Positions 25,137 to 38,189 of a stretch of DNA of 64,000 nucleotides are shown one piece after another. The first letter of the stretch is position 1. Every line of letters starts with the position of its first letter. A program made the position numbers and the translations under genes. Under the pieces are notes generated by a model. It worked only from the letters and a program-made list of their open reading frames with translations, had not been told where the DNA came from and searched no databases. The stretch comes from Nemertoderma westbladi (taxonomy: Eukaryota > Animalia > Xenacoelomorpha), in assembly GCA_032718475.1 (NCBI GenBank), contig JAUCBJ010001307.1, forward strand, positions 21,891 to 85,890, read 5' to 3'.

Positions 25137-26156
25137 ATGGCTGAGGCCAATGTAGAACTGGTTGGAGGTATCAGCGGTGGGAGGCCTCATTACGAAATTA
25201 CGGAGAGGCAGTTGCACTATTTACAGAATATTGGATTCTCTCGAAGAGATACGGCACGCATTTTGGATGTTAGCGAACGAACTATTTCAAGGCATTGTAA
25301 ACAATATGGACTGAATAATAATAAATACTCTGATATAGATAATGTCAACCTTGATAAAGCTATACGACATATATTGAGCAATACGGCGAGGTATATTTGA
25401 AAGGTGGTTTACGGGCAGTTGGTATACATGTTCAACGACAGAGACTACGTGAAAGACGAGACATTATCGATCCAATTGGAAACTGCTTTACAAAACTTCC
25501 TCTCTGCGGTAGATAACTATGGCTTGCCTAGTCGTGTAAGAGGAGATTTGGGAATAGAAAACGTTGACTTGGCCAGGTATATGTTAGTTAATCGAGGGTT
25601 AAATAGGGGAAGCTATATTGGAGGTAAAAGCGCCCATAACCAGCGCATTGAGCGTCTATGGTCAGACGTAAATCGTACAGTTACTAGGTTCTATAAGGCC
25701 ATCTTCATTCATTTAGAGGAAGATAATGCCTTAGACATTCATAACGAAATTAATATGTTTATCTTACACTTTGTTTTCGAACCACGTAGTAACCAATCTC
25801 TATGTCAGTTACTTGGTGAATTAAACAATCACAATCTTAGTACCAAACGTAACCAATCCCCAATACAGCTTTGGACCGAGAGTTGTATCGTCAATCGATT
25901 AAACGACGATGAGCTTCCATCGCATGAGATAGAGCATTATGGAATAGACGGCAATCCCGTGATAAATGAAACTACCGGTACTGGAGTTCTGGATGGCAAC
26001 AACGGTATAGTGGTACCTGAAATAAACTTTCAGCCGAACAATGAGTTGTTACAGATGTTACAGAACTTTAACCCACTTCAAGATGACGGTTATTTTGGAA
26101 TTGAGACATACAAAGAAATTGTACGTACCCTTACTTATGGTGACTTAGTATTATAG
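25137..26156 (+). pseudogene. IS3EU-like HTH + DDE (integrase-core) transposase, frameshifted and internally deleted
   Basis: GRP..I..QL...GFS....ARILDVSERTI HTH; [21 protein letters not shown] in a shifted frame; [12 protein letters not shown] and [13 protein letters not shown]; the WHIDG segment is absent. Confidence 0.75.
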
Positions 26157-26569
26157 AATATTGTTCTAAATATATTCGATGTGATAGTCGCATCGCAGGT
26201 TTATCTATTTTGGTTATTTCTGGTTATATTATGCTATATTTAACTGTTTGTTTACATTAAAAAAATATCCTGTCCAGATTGTGGAACAGATGACACAAAC
26301 TGGCACCAACATACCAACTGACATACCATACATAGACTTTTTTCTAACTCCATTGCCATGGAAACCAGATTTTTTCCCAGATATTAACTTCGTGGATGGG
26401 ACAGGGGGCAATTGCTCCCCAGCAAATTTCTACAGGCACCATGTCTTGGAATATATGGAGGGTGCCAGAAATACGTGTACCAAATGTCAAGTAAATTTCT
26501 AACAGGCCGGTCGTGACTTTGCACACACATCGCAAATTATGCGAGGAATCAGAGTTGGTTTACAAATTG

Positions 26570-26900
26570 AATCCATCCCTGTACAACTGCTATCCATCCC
26601 CGCTGCATCAATATTTATCCCCACTTCACCACTATCTACTCCCACACCACCACTATCCATTCCCACTCCACCAATATCTATTCCCACTCCACTAATATCT
26701 ATTCCCATTCCCACTCTATCTATTCCCATTCCCACTCTATCTATTCCCACAACACCACTATCCATTCCCACTCCACCGATATCAATCCCTACTCCACCAC
26801 TATATATTTCCACACAACTGCTCTCCATTCCCGCTATGCTGCCACCACCACCGCTATCCAACCCCATTCCAGCGATCTCAATCTTCGTTCCTCTACTATC
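26570..26900. repeat. 21-bp minisatellite (ccactatccattcccactcca-like)
   Basis: About 14 imperfect units giving SIPTPPL-type spurious ORFs. Confidence 0.85.
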
Positions 26901-27895
26901 CAACTTCCCGATATCTTTACCTGCCTCACCACTGTCCACTATATCCTGACATAAAAAGTACATTAACTTCCTTCCACATCCCTGGAAGCGGCTATAAACG
27001 GTTTGGCCATTTATCTCATTTTCCATAGATAAATGTTGGAATTGAAGGCATGTCACTAACTAAGCACACTCAATGGTATGTATGTATGGTAGCACTGATA
27101 GTTATCAATGCAATGGTAGCAATCATTTTTGGCTTCAGTAATAACCCTGCAGGAGTTTCAATAAAGCATAAGGGAAACTTTTGATTGATGCCATTATTAT
27201 AACCTGACAATCAAAAGTGCCATTTCGGGAGATTTGACTACCATGGATCATTTCAATTGATAAAAACAAAGCAAACAGTTAATTAACTGTATCCGTGAAG
27301 TGAAGCTCAAATTGTAAATTATACTACATATTCCACTCTGATTACTGACTGACACAGCCTGCTCAACCGCAGATATGTTGTAAGTACTGATAGCAATATT
27401 CAATAGATTGTAAATTGGGCTGTAATTTGAAGAGCTGGTCTTGCTATGCTTCAGTTCTTACATGTGTATATGCTATTATGCTAAATTAATTGTCAATCAT
27501 CAACTGTGCCGCGAGGAAGAATAGAAATTGCAAAACCGATTGGAGGCAGGTCTTTTGTTCAACGGATGATTTCTTCACAGTACCTCTGCGCAGGTCTGGT
27601 AGTTGCTCCTTAACAGCAACTACCAGATCGAGAAGGACTTGCTTCTGTGTGCCAATAGCAGTAAGCACACACAAGTTACATTAGTGATGATGGGGTTGAT
27701 AATGATACTCCGGTGAATCTCAATGAAACCATTGTTGCACATGTTCACTGCATGTTGTTCAGTCAGGGGTTCCGATTATCAGACAGTTGGGTTGTCAGAG
27801 TCATGTCAAATGTTGGGTCTCCCAACATGTCATGTCAGCATGTCAGTCGAAGGTCAAAGTGGCATAATGAACTATTGGTGTTATGGATCAATGAG

Positions 27896-27988
27896 TCGTT
27901 TCATATTATTATAACTTTTTTTTGCAAAGTCGGTAATGACGTCCAGGTGGGATCGAATGGGTGACCTCAGGTTTGGATCCGGAGGTCA
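27896..27988 (-). mobile_element. Truncated tRNA-derived SINE
   Basis: Homologous to the copies at 38190-38790 (B-box region and cctggacgtcatt.ccgactttgcaaaa). Confidence 0.75.
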
Positions 27989-28359
27989 GGAAACTGAAGA
28001 ATACATGCTAATCCACTCCATCGGTAGCTGCTGTAGATTGCGGTAGAAATTTTCCACCTCTACTGGGGTAACAACCTTTACTAGTTGGAGAGTAAAACAC
28101 AATCAGAACCACCTTAAGAAACTTTTAGTGAGTTCCCCAGAACATGAGAAATGACAATGGATGATGCGGTTAGAGATTTGGTCTATATTGTCCAATGTTT
28201 TGCATGTGCAGTTGGATTCATCAATAGACCAATTCTACCACTCCCACGACCATCTGCTGATGCGAGGCCAAGTCGCCAACCGCCCCCCATGTCCTTAATC
28301 AGACCTAATCTGTCTGTCCAATTCGCATTCAGTGCTCTTAAATTCCCACAACGCTAAAG

Positions 28360-29139
28360 ACATCAATTGGTGCTTGGGATTGGTTAATAAACTATTATTT
28401 GATTGGATGTTGAAATCATGTAAGGAATGGAGATAGAGGTCGAACTAGAGTAAGGGTTTTTTTCACTTAGGAGGCAGGTAGAGACAAAAGTGTTCCAAAT
28501 GCTGTAAGGAATGGAGAAAATGGGTGAAATCATGTTTAAGGGTTATTATACCAACAGTATTAGAAGAGTAGGCTAGCAGCAGCAGGTGACATTAGCCTAG
28601 TCATTAGGCCTATAATAGAACATTGTTGTTATGGTTTATGTGTTATGGAGGTATTATGCGTATGCTAAAACGATTGGAACATTGACTACTAGGGTCTAGG
28701 GATACATTCCTGACGCGCTAAAAAACGCCTCAGAAATCTGTCGCTAAACATAAATGCAAATCGAACAAATGCTAAACATTATTTGAAAAATTAAGAGTTT
28801 ATTTCAATGGAGCATTTATGTTTACAAATTGTGAACAAATTTCAAACGAATAAATTTCAATATTAAATACTATCAATAAAGCTACTCTATTAATTATTAC
28901 AATCTTTTCTATCAGTAAAATCAAGGAGAATGCTCTGTAAAACGATTCCTTGTACAACGTTATTTCCACTCTGAATTATGTAGCCATATTGTATATTGCT
29001 ATTCGTATATATATATATTGTTACATGATAATGAACCGATTTAAAGGCAGATAATCTTTACATGATTTCACACAATTTCTCCATTCCTTACTTATTCTAT
29101 ATAGCTCATTAACCAATCCCAGGCACAAATTCATGATGT
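28360..29139. mobile_element. Old MITE-like element with imperfect inverted ends
   Basis: gtgcttgggattggttaat and gtaaggaatggaga..tgaaatcatgt on the left are mirrored at 29058-29139; no clear TSD. Confidence 0.5.
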
Positions 29140-29483
29140 GTTGTTCCTAGTAGTGTAAGGATTTGGAATACGCGAATATTTAATACACTGTCTGTCACTC
29201 CAACATAACAATTCATTAATGAATAATTAACAATAATGTACCTTGTCCCAGTATTAACAATATATTTTCAAAATATTTTTTCAGTGTTTCACTATTTAAG
29301 AAAAAGTATATTTATAAATATTAAACAATAAACTAAAGACTGTGGTGGGATCTGGCTAAAACAATTAATGGGCAGATTCAACAATAGAGAAAATTTATAC
29401 AGAACTGAGAAAACTATCCTTTAATATTGAATGAACTATCTATTAGAAATTTTGGGGATCAATCTCGGTGACAATCAGCAGAA

Positions 29484-30623
29484 TTATTTACTTTGATAAT
29501 TGAATAATTTTTTAAGTTTCATATAAATATAATTAAAACTATTAGTTAGAAGTCCAACAGTAGCATGTCTGAATACAGGCAGAATAAAAAGCAATAGTGT
29601 TAAGTTTATACTTGCCTTTATATACAATGTGTAAGGATAAAATGTTTCTAAATATAGAAGAACTTCATTGTTAACTATTATGTCAATTATAGAAGTCAGA
29701 TTACGATTGACAGACCTAACATACAAACCAAATAATCGGATTTCATACGTCATTGCTGGTAACAATAGCAACACAAATGCAGACCCTTCTACAATAAATG
29801 CTGTAGTAATACGTTTATCATTTCTTTTTTGTTTTTTTTTTATTGCAGTTAGTTTTCCTACTCCTTTTCTTGCCCGGTTAACTAATTGTAATATTATCAT
29901 TGTATTTAAGACTAACACAAGAACCAATGGTGTTATTGTTTTGTATAGGATATTATGTAATTTTATATAATATTTATATTCTGGTGATATATATATTTCC
30001 TGACACTGGTTTATATATATTGACGTATAATAATACGAGGATGTTGCAGTAATAGCTGTCATCATAACATTGAAACAAAAGAAATTCATCAAAATCATCC
30101 TCATTGATTTTGGTGACAATATTGTATTGTAAGATGTTGAAAGGTAAACAGCTACAAAACGATCAATGCAAACAAATACCTGCATCCAGTATGACATATT
30201 TATTGGACCATATTGCAGTAATGGTTTGAAAAGACAAACGGAAATCCTCGAAAATTCAGATTTCTTTAAATAATCAAACAGCAAATACTGTAAAAGTATG
30301 AAAATATCCATTAGTGCCATCAATCCCATTAGAAGGCCCACATTATTTTTACGTAAATTCTTTGATGCAAGAATAGCTAATATTAATATGATATTGGAAG
30401 GCAGTCCATAGAAATATATAATATTTGGAATTATAGCAAATGAACCTTTTATTTCCGTCAAAACTGCGATATAATATTCGCAACGATCAAACAAACGTCT
30501 ATCATTTGAACACCAATATGAATATTCAGAAAGGGTAGTTTGGAAATTTGGTGATGAATCAGCTGTTGTAGTTGAAATGTTTCCATCTATGTTTGACATT
30601 GTTAAAGTATTATTTTTTATCAT
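29484..30623 (-). CDS. Intronless class A (rhodopsin-like) GPCR, peptide-receptor/chemoreceptor-like, 379 aa
   Basis: GLPSN (TM1), LMALMD (TM2), S.W..VFVCIDRFVAVY (DRY-like), P....LN..I (TM5), LP (TM6), ASIN...FR (TM7/H8); N-terminal N-glycosylation sites. Confidence 0.9.
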   Translation of the reverse strand: MIKNNTLTMSNIDGNISTTTADSSPNFQTTLSEYSYWCSNDRRLFDRCEYYIAVLTEIKGSFAIIPNIIYFYGLPSNIILILAILASKNLRKNNVGLLMGLMALMDIFILLQYLLFDYLKKSEFSRISVCLFKPLLQYGPINMSYWMQVFVCIDRFVAVYLSTSYNTILSPKSMRMILMNFFCFNVMMTAITATSSYYYTSIYINQCQEIYISPEYKYYIKLHNILYKTITPLVLVLVLNTMIILQLVNRARKGVGKLTAIKKKQKRNDKRITTAFIVEGSAFVLLLLPAMTYEIRLFGLYVRSVNRNLTSIIDIIVNNEVLLYLETFYPYTLYIKASINLTLLLFILPVFRHATVGLLTNSFNYIYMKLKKLFNYQSK

Positions 30624-31383
30624 ATATAAGAAATTTTTTATCTACTACTACAACGCACTTCGATTAATCAATCGCCTGATCGTTAATCAACCTGCACAGG
30701 ATGCTGCAGGATTGGGACAATCTCACAGTGTTTCTCTATTGAGACTGTTATAATCATAACAGGGTTGGTTAGCAATGCTGTAACCCAATCATGCGGATTT
30801 CAAGTCCTACTGACTTGACCAAGCTAATACATCCCAGCTATTTATAGAGTAAAATCAGTGACAATATCTCTTTATGGATTATTCACATTACCATAGGCAT
30901 AGGATTCTCAATCACGGTCTGCCACATGTTAAACTTTTCAAAAAACTTACCAATAAATATTTGTATCATTGTGTGAAAAGTAGCACTTTCAAGTGTTATG
31001 ACCCGAATGTAGAGTTATCTACAAATACAGGATATATCACTAATATTTGGCTATACTCATGTAGCTCATATTCTCGGTGTTTGTGCTTCTCGCCAATCAC
31101 GCTGCTAATCTTCTGACACTTCGTCAGATGAACAAAGAATTGGGACTAAACACTATGCCTACGCCTACACACCTACTTCTAGGCAGGTTAGTAAAGGAGC
31201 AGTTTGCAGAGGTGGGTTGAAAGAAACCAAAACAACAAACAAAAGTTAGGGAGAAAGTCAGAGATGTATGTATATTGTATATGTCCTAAGTCCTTAGTAC
31301 AATAGTTAAATAATTTGAATTTCCCTCTTTATTGATCATGATAAAATATAAGCATTGCAAAAAATTAAAATAGTATTGGTAAG

Positions 31384-34300
31384 GAGTCATTCCATTTATA
31401 ATCAACCAGAAAATTGTCAAAATGACACCAAGGTCTCCCGTTCAGACTCATATTTTGCATGCATATGAAACCAATATATAGAGAATACTATGCAAAATTT
31501 GGGCTCATTTGGTTCAGTGGTTCATGAGTTATTGCAATTTGAAAATTGTCTCTCTATGCGGCATGCGCACCGATTTGCGGCACCTCGACGTAGTATTTTT
31601 TTTGAAATTTTAGATAATATTTGTGAAAAACTACCCAACAAAATGTTTATTGGGGTTTTCGATCATGTAGATCCCGAATTTCGGGTTAAAAAAAGAAAAG
31701 TCCAATGCCTTGTTTGGTTTTCAGGAAGATAAATTTCTTTTGCGATAGGGAATTTTCAGTCAAAAAATTCATGATGTTGGTCAACTTTATTTTATTTAGG
31801 ACCAAGTTAGTTCAAAAGTACCATAAATGTGTAGTAGATAGCAGAAGGATTCATTTCCGCCCCGTTTTCCAAACTTGTGCTACATCAATTTGAAAATTTG
31901 AATATTCGCGACATGTCGCGAAAGTTCGCGACATGTCACGAAAGTTCTCGAAAGTTCACGACATGTCACGAAACCTTGTGCTCTAAGCTAAAAAAGCTGA
32001 AGTGACACTACATTTGGCAGATAGGCCAGGCCTACTTCATAACACTTTTGCATGTTTACATCACTTCTAGGTAAGTACTGCTCTACTATTGATTAGTTTT
32101 AATAATTTAATGTGATTAAAATAATATCATGTCGTAACTTTTTTTGATCACAAGAAAATGACAAATTCGAATCCGAAAAGATTTTTGAAAACTGATCACC
32201 CCTTCAAAAGTTATACCACTTTTAGGTTTTTTAGATAAAATGTACTTGTAAACAAGGCAGTCACTGCTTAAACGTTGGCCCGAGTAGCTTGAAAGAGCAG
32301 CCTTGGAATTCCTTGCACCTTATTGGCTGATCTTACTTTGGAGACATCTCATTGGCCAGAGTTGTTTCTGCTGGTTATAAAATCTAGTGCATAAGCTCAT
32401 TCCACTTGCCTTTTTGAGCTTAATCAAAGCTGTCAAATCTCCTTTTGTGTATTGAATTGTTTTCTTATCTTTTTATATAATAATAAAGTGCGCAAATTTT
32501 AGCAAGTTTGTTTTATCCTATTTTTTATTTCCTTTATCATAGACTATCAACTAGCCAAAACAGTCCTTATTAGGACTACCAGTAAATTAGAACTATTTTT
32601 TTTGTGAATTTTAACTGTATTTTGTTTTAATTAATTGTTATTTCTTTTAATTCACTGTTGATTGAGTTCTGTGAGTAATGTCTGTATTAAATTGTTGCAA
32701 TCTCGCAACATTACTTAATGATGAAGGTGCCTGTCACAAGACAACATATAACAGGTCAAAAGCTCTTAAAAACGTGACAGAGTTGTCAGATCATAACCTG
32801 CAACTTCTAAAGTGGCGAACCGGGTTTAAAGATATACAGCTAGACTGCGATTTTAATATTTGCTTACATCATGAGTATATATATTTAGGTCCCATTTATG
32901 AAAGACAATTTAAGAAATGTTGCAACGTTTTTCAGAAGGAAAACCACGCACCTAAAGGTGATCGTGTTATTTCAATAGCAAATGCAATCCAATTGCAAAG
33001 TATGGGGTTCTCTGTAATTCCTGGATGGAAACTATGCCATCGCTGCTTAACTGAATTAAATAAACGTAACATTGAGACTGAACATGAACTGATCGAAAAT
33101 GTAGAGCTTAGTGATACTGATAGTGTTTCTGCACACTCTACAGATTCAGAGATAGGTGCAATTCAAAGAAGTGAAGCTAAAGAAATTGCTCGAAAGAATC
33201 TGGATACAATGTTGGTTGATAGTGGTTTGACACCTATTAAGCTCCATGGGAAACGAATCTTGCCCTATTCTAAATATAAATTTGAACGCACCGTCAAGTC
33301 TTTGAGGCATTCGTTTGGAGATGCCCTTGATATCCCAAGCACTAGTTTTAGTCAAGGTGCAGTCAGTTACAGTGTTTCAGATACAGAAGTAAAAAACCTT
33401 CAAAGGGATTCTAATGATTTGAATACTTTAATGGGTGAAATAAAACTGAAAATTAATCAACCAGGTACTAAGTCTTCTGAAAAAATTAAGATGTAAACTT
33501 TGGTTCCTTCCTCCTGGTCTCAAACTCATACTGTTGATTTCTTCAATGTATCTGCTCATCAGGTTAAACAAGCTCGAAAGCTGCATGTTGAATCAGGCAT
33601 ACTTTCAGTCCCCCAATACAAACTTAGAAATGTAATATCACAAAATTCAAAAGATACAGTAATTGAATTTTATCAGGATGACAGGTTCTCTCGTATTTTA
33701 CCAGGAGTAAAGGATGTTGTTAGTATTAGAAGGGGTGAACAATATGAGCAGAAAAGACTCATTTTAAACACCCTCAAGGAGTTATTTGTTGAGTTTAAGA
33801 ATCAAAACCCCCACACCAAAGTTGGGTTTTCAAGTTTCTGCTCTCTGCGTCCTAAGTGGTGTGTACTGCCAGGTGCTTCAGGAACACATTCTGTGTGTGT
33901 GTGTACCTACCACCAAAATGCCAAGCTTTTGGCATCAAAGACTAATCTCACATATAAGGAAATGATTGCAATGACTGTATGTGATACAAATAATAAAGAA
34001 TGTATGCTTCAAAGATGTCAGGTTTGCCCTGGGATTGAACAACTTGTATCACATTTAAGAACTGAATTTAGTGACAACCTTGATGATCAGATAATTTTTC
34101 AACAATGGCAGACAACTGATCGATCTACACTAATATCACAAGCCACAACAATTAATGAATACATTGATATCGTTTCACAGTCAATAAAGAAACTAACACC
34201 ACATTCTTTCCTTGCAAAATCGCAATCACAATATCTTCGCAAATTAAAGAGCGAGATCAAACCCAGCTATGTAATAGCTATTGGGGATTTCTCAGAGAAT

Positions 34301-36010
34301 TATACATTCGTCATTCAGGACGAAATACAAAGCTACCACTGGTCGCAAATGTATTGCACCTTACATCCATTCGTGTTATACTTCTACAAAGAAGGTGCTG
34401 ACAATCATTTAGGCTCTACTTCACTTTGCTACCTATCAGAAGATTCTGATCACGATACAAGTTTTGTTTACAAGATGCAGGAGCATCTTTGTTCATATAT
34501 AAGGGAAGAATTTCCCCTTGTTAGCCACATACATTATTATTCTGATGGCTGTGGAGGCCAATACAAAAATTGCAAAAATTTTCTCAACCTAACTTTACAT
34601 AAACATGACTTTAAGATAGCTGCATCTTGGAACTTTTTTGCAACCAGCCATGGCAAGTCTGCATGTGATGGAATTGGAGGTACTGTAAAGCGACTTGCTG
34701 CTTCGGAAAGTCTTCGTAGACCACTTTCCAATCAGATTCTTACAGTTGCTGCTCTTTTCAAATTTTGCACAGATTCAATTACTGGTATAAAGTTTTACAC
34801 CATTTCGAAAGAAGAATTGAAGACTACACGAGAAAAATTGAAAGAGCGATATGAGTTGGCCACAACTGTACCAGGTACACTCAGTTTTCACCAGTTTGTT
34901 CCATTAGAGGATCAGCATCTAGCAATAGCTTATAAAAGATGCAGTGAAGATGAAAGTTTTACAAATTCCTATAATTTTTCTAAAAAATATTCATATAATA
35001 TGAATTATCAAGCGAATGATTACGTGGCTGGTAAATATGACGATTTGTGGTGGGTGGGTCTTGTTAAAAATGTGAACGATGTTGAATTGGAAGCATCGGT
35101 AACATTCATGCACCCAAGCGGACCTTCAAAGAGCTTCTTTTGGCCTCGTAGAATTGATGAGTGCCTTATTCCATTGAATGACATGATCTGCAGGATAGAT
35201 GTTCCTTCGGCATCTTCAATATCAGGGCGATCCTACTCTCTGTCAAAACAAGATGAAACTAATGTCATAGAAAGCTTTCAAAAGATGTTAAGAAAATAGG
35301 AAAGAAAATTACATGGACGGTGAATTTTAGTCTTCATGACATGTCACGAATATACAAATTTTAAAACTTCTCAATAGTAGAGCAGTACTTAGCTAGAAGT
35401 GATGTAAACATGCAAAACTGTTATGAAGTAGACCTATCAGCCAAATGTCACTTCAGCTTTTTTAGCTTAGAGCATGAGCTTTCGCGACATGTCGCGATGT
35501 CGCGAATATTCAAATTGATGTAGCACAAGTTTGGAAAACGGGGCGGGGATGAATCCTTTTGCTATCTATTACACATTGATGGTATTTTTAAACTAACTTG
35601 GTCCCAAAGAAAATAAAGTTAACCAACATCATGAATTTTTTGACTGAAAATACCCTATAGCGAATGAAATTTATCTTGCTGAAAACCAAACAAGGCATTG
35701 GAATTTACTATTTTTAACCCAAAATTCGGGATCTACATGGTCGAAAACCCCCCATAAACATTTTGTTGGGTAGTTTTTCACAAATGTTATCTAAAATTAA
35801 AAAAAAAGTACTATGTCGAGGAGCCGCAAATCGGTGCGCATGCCGCATAGAGAGCCAATTTTCAAATTGCAATAACTCATGAACCACTGAACTTCATGAG
35901 CTCAAATTTTGCATGGTACCATCGTTTACCAATCCCTTCGATCCCTCAAAAAATTGAATCAATCTGAGGACATGGGTTCACCACCTGGTTGATTATAAAT
36001 GGAATGACTC
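31384..36010 (+). mobile_element. Sola2-type DNA transposon, full length (4627 bp), with ~640-710 bp TIRs
   Basis: Termini GAGTCATTCC...GGAATGACTC; 4-bp TSD taag (31380-31383, 36011-36014); TIRs ~31384-32092 and ~35371-36010; transposase motifs. Confidence 0.88.
32678..35299 (+). pseudogene. Sola2 DDD transposase with a single in-frame stop (33494-33496)
   Basis: Same frame across the stop; F..LRPKW, CVCTYHQN, DFSENY, SDGCGGQYKN, FATSHGKSACDGIGG. Confidence 0.85.
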
Positions 36011-36654
36011 TAAGTGGGGTTCGAAATAATATAACAAATTAAATCTGTAGCTGCAGTATCCGAAAATATTGGTTAATTTTTTCAGTGAATGACATTTTGT
36101 CAATGTTGGATTAGATTTTTTCAAAACATATAATGTAGTGATATAATGTAATGCATAATATTCAAATTAAAGCTAATTTCAATGTGAATCGAGCAGTGCC
36201 TTTGTTTTTTTGATGCAGTGCCCAGGCGTCCAGTTTTTGATGCCGATTTTATACAGGACCGCAATAAACAAGTTATCGTCAAAATTGTAGAACAATGCCT
36301 TATATTGGTAGGGTGTAAGAGGTCACTTAATCAAGTTCAATTATTTGAAATTTTAACACAGTCATTAGTGTTTACTTCGACAGAAATTAAGGGGGTCTGG
36401 TGTGCATTGTAAAATATGGAATTTTTATTTTCTTCATTTAAAAATGAAACGGTCTAGTGTAGGTGTAGGCGTAGCTTCTACCTTTACCCCCCAAAAAATT
36501 AGCCAATGCCTATCTATATCCCCAGTAACCGAATATAATTGCACCAATCAACTCTTGCCAATAATCCAAACAGCCATCTGACCTTAAAACATGGAAACCA
36601 TATATACTAAAATAACTGCTGTTACCAGCCCCTAATGACATTAGACTAGAAAAT

Positions 36655-36871
36655 GGGTGTAAACGCTACGCCAACAACCGACAGCCAACAACCACTGCCA
36701 ACAACAGTACAAATGAAAATGTAACCGAGTTCGTGACTCTCGTTTATTGTTTTGGTTAGAATAATCTTACGCTGTAACCTGTTCCTTTCCCTCAATTAAT
36801 AATTAACATTGATTAGCTTTAATAATGGGTGTCGATGTTGGCTGTCGGTTGTCGGCGTAGCGTTTTCACCC
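36655..36871. mobile_element. Mutator-like MITE (217 bp)
   Basis: 36-bp TIRs gggtgtaaacgctacgccaacaaccgacagccaaca; 9-bp TSD ctagaaaat/ctagaaaac. Confidence 0.85.
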
Positions 36872-37249
36872 CTAGAAAACAATGAAATGTCACCACTACC
36901 ATGTTGTACAAGCCTTTTTAAAGGGTTGCCTCATTTGCATATAACACAAACCACACTGGCTACCATAAAATCAGGCCATACACCGTTTGGCTCACAGCCA
37001 AACGGTGTCAAAGCTATCGATTTTGTGGATCTATTACTGCATTCTCAGGAGAGTTTATGATAGATACTCAATTCCTGGAGGTTTATCCCCTGACCTATAT
37101 TATAACCTCGCAATGCTATAATTATCATAATCTACAGTTCATAGTACTACCAACTGGAATATCTTATATTGAAGATTTATACCAGATTGTCTTCTTTGGA
37201 AGTGTTATACCAAGATTCAAGGACTTCAGGATGCTCAACATAACTATCA

Positions 37250-37840
37250 AGAAGGTGCAAGCCAAACAGAGGGCTCCGAGTTATATGATACACAACAGAG
37301 GATCGACTCTCTAGTGTCACCTGCCACTTTACAAGGTACTTCTGATGATGGATTATTTATGGCAGCAGTAGTACCAGTACTCTTATATGGGAGTCCATGC
37401 TGGGCTTAACTGCAGAGGATACCAAATCTCTGGATGGCACTTTCACAAGAATGCTGCGCCGGGTTCATTGTGTCAAGTACAATGAACACATCTCCAATCA
37501 GACTCTATACAACATTGGAGGTGTTCCATTAATCTCCCCTAGCTTGACACTTGAACGGAACCGCCTCCACTTTGCAGGACATGGAATACCAGCCAGTACA
37601 TAAACTTGTGCTTTGGCGCCCTCCCCTCATGGAGCGAATAAGCAGGGTGGACAGCCCATGACTTTCTTGAGACGCATATTAAAGACACTGGCCTTGAAAA
37701 TGAGTATCTGGCAAACGTCATGGGTGATAGGGTGTTGAGTAGGCGCAATATTGTTGACAACCCGGCACAGCATTCTTAATATATGTAATATATATAATGC
37801 AGTTGCATTGCAGCATACCGATCGTAGTTGTAGTAAGAAC
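37250..37840 (+). mobile_element. RTE 3' fragment, second family
   Basis: LDGTFTRMLRRV...HISNQTLY...RLHFAGH; 3' end tgcattgcagcataccgatcgtagttgtag. Confidence 0.75.
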
Positions 37841-38189
37841 TTACTGCTATCGAAATTATCCTTAAGTACTTAGAATATAAACTGCAGCCACTACTACAGG
37901 ACTGACTGCTCGTCTTCCACCACAAACTGTGGCCTCACACCCCAAATGAGAGTCACAGATTTAATCTCACTTCTCACCCAACTTCAGTATGTCAGATTAT
38001 AGATAAACCAGGTCCCCATACCATAGCAGAAATAGTTATCATATAATACTTTAATAATAAGTTACCAATATTTTATTTTTCACAAGATCTTCATGAATGA
38101 AATAGCTCCAGCAAGTCCACGACTTTGGACTTGCTAGGACTACGATGAATCTGAGCCATGGTGCAGGACTCATCCGTAATACAGACCTG

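Larger units (their letters stand above)
26250..28355 (-). mobile_element. Degraded RTE LINE 5' portion (APE endonuclease + linker), interrupted by a SINE and a minisatellite
   Basis: Minus-strand GWRLGLASADGRGSGRIGLLM...ISNRII...FYSPT...VENFY endonuclease pattern at 28000-28350; linker remnants further left are weaker. Confidence 0.6.

Noticed and set aside
26499-27056. 185-aa Gly/Ile/Asp-repeat ORF and its antisense SIPTPP ORF as the second gene of the IS3EU-like element
   Set aside because: Explained by a 21-bp minisatellite lying within degraded RTE sequence
31151-36475. Degenerate CACTA-like inverted pair enclosing the Sola2 element
   Set aside because: Only about 16 of 20 nt match, the right terminus is not TAGTG and no TSD is evident
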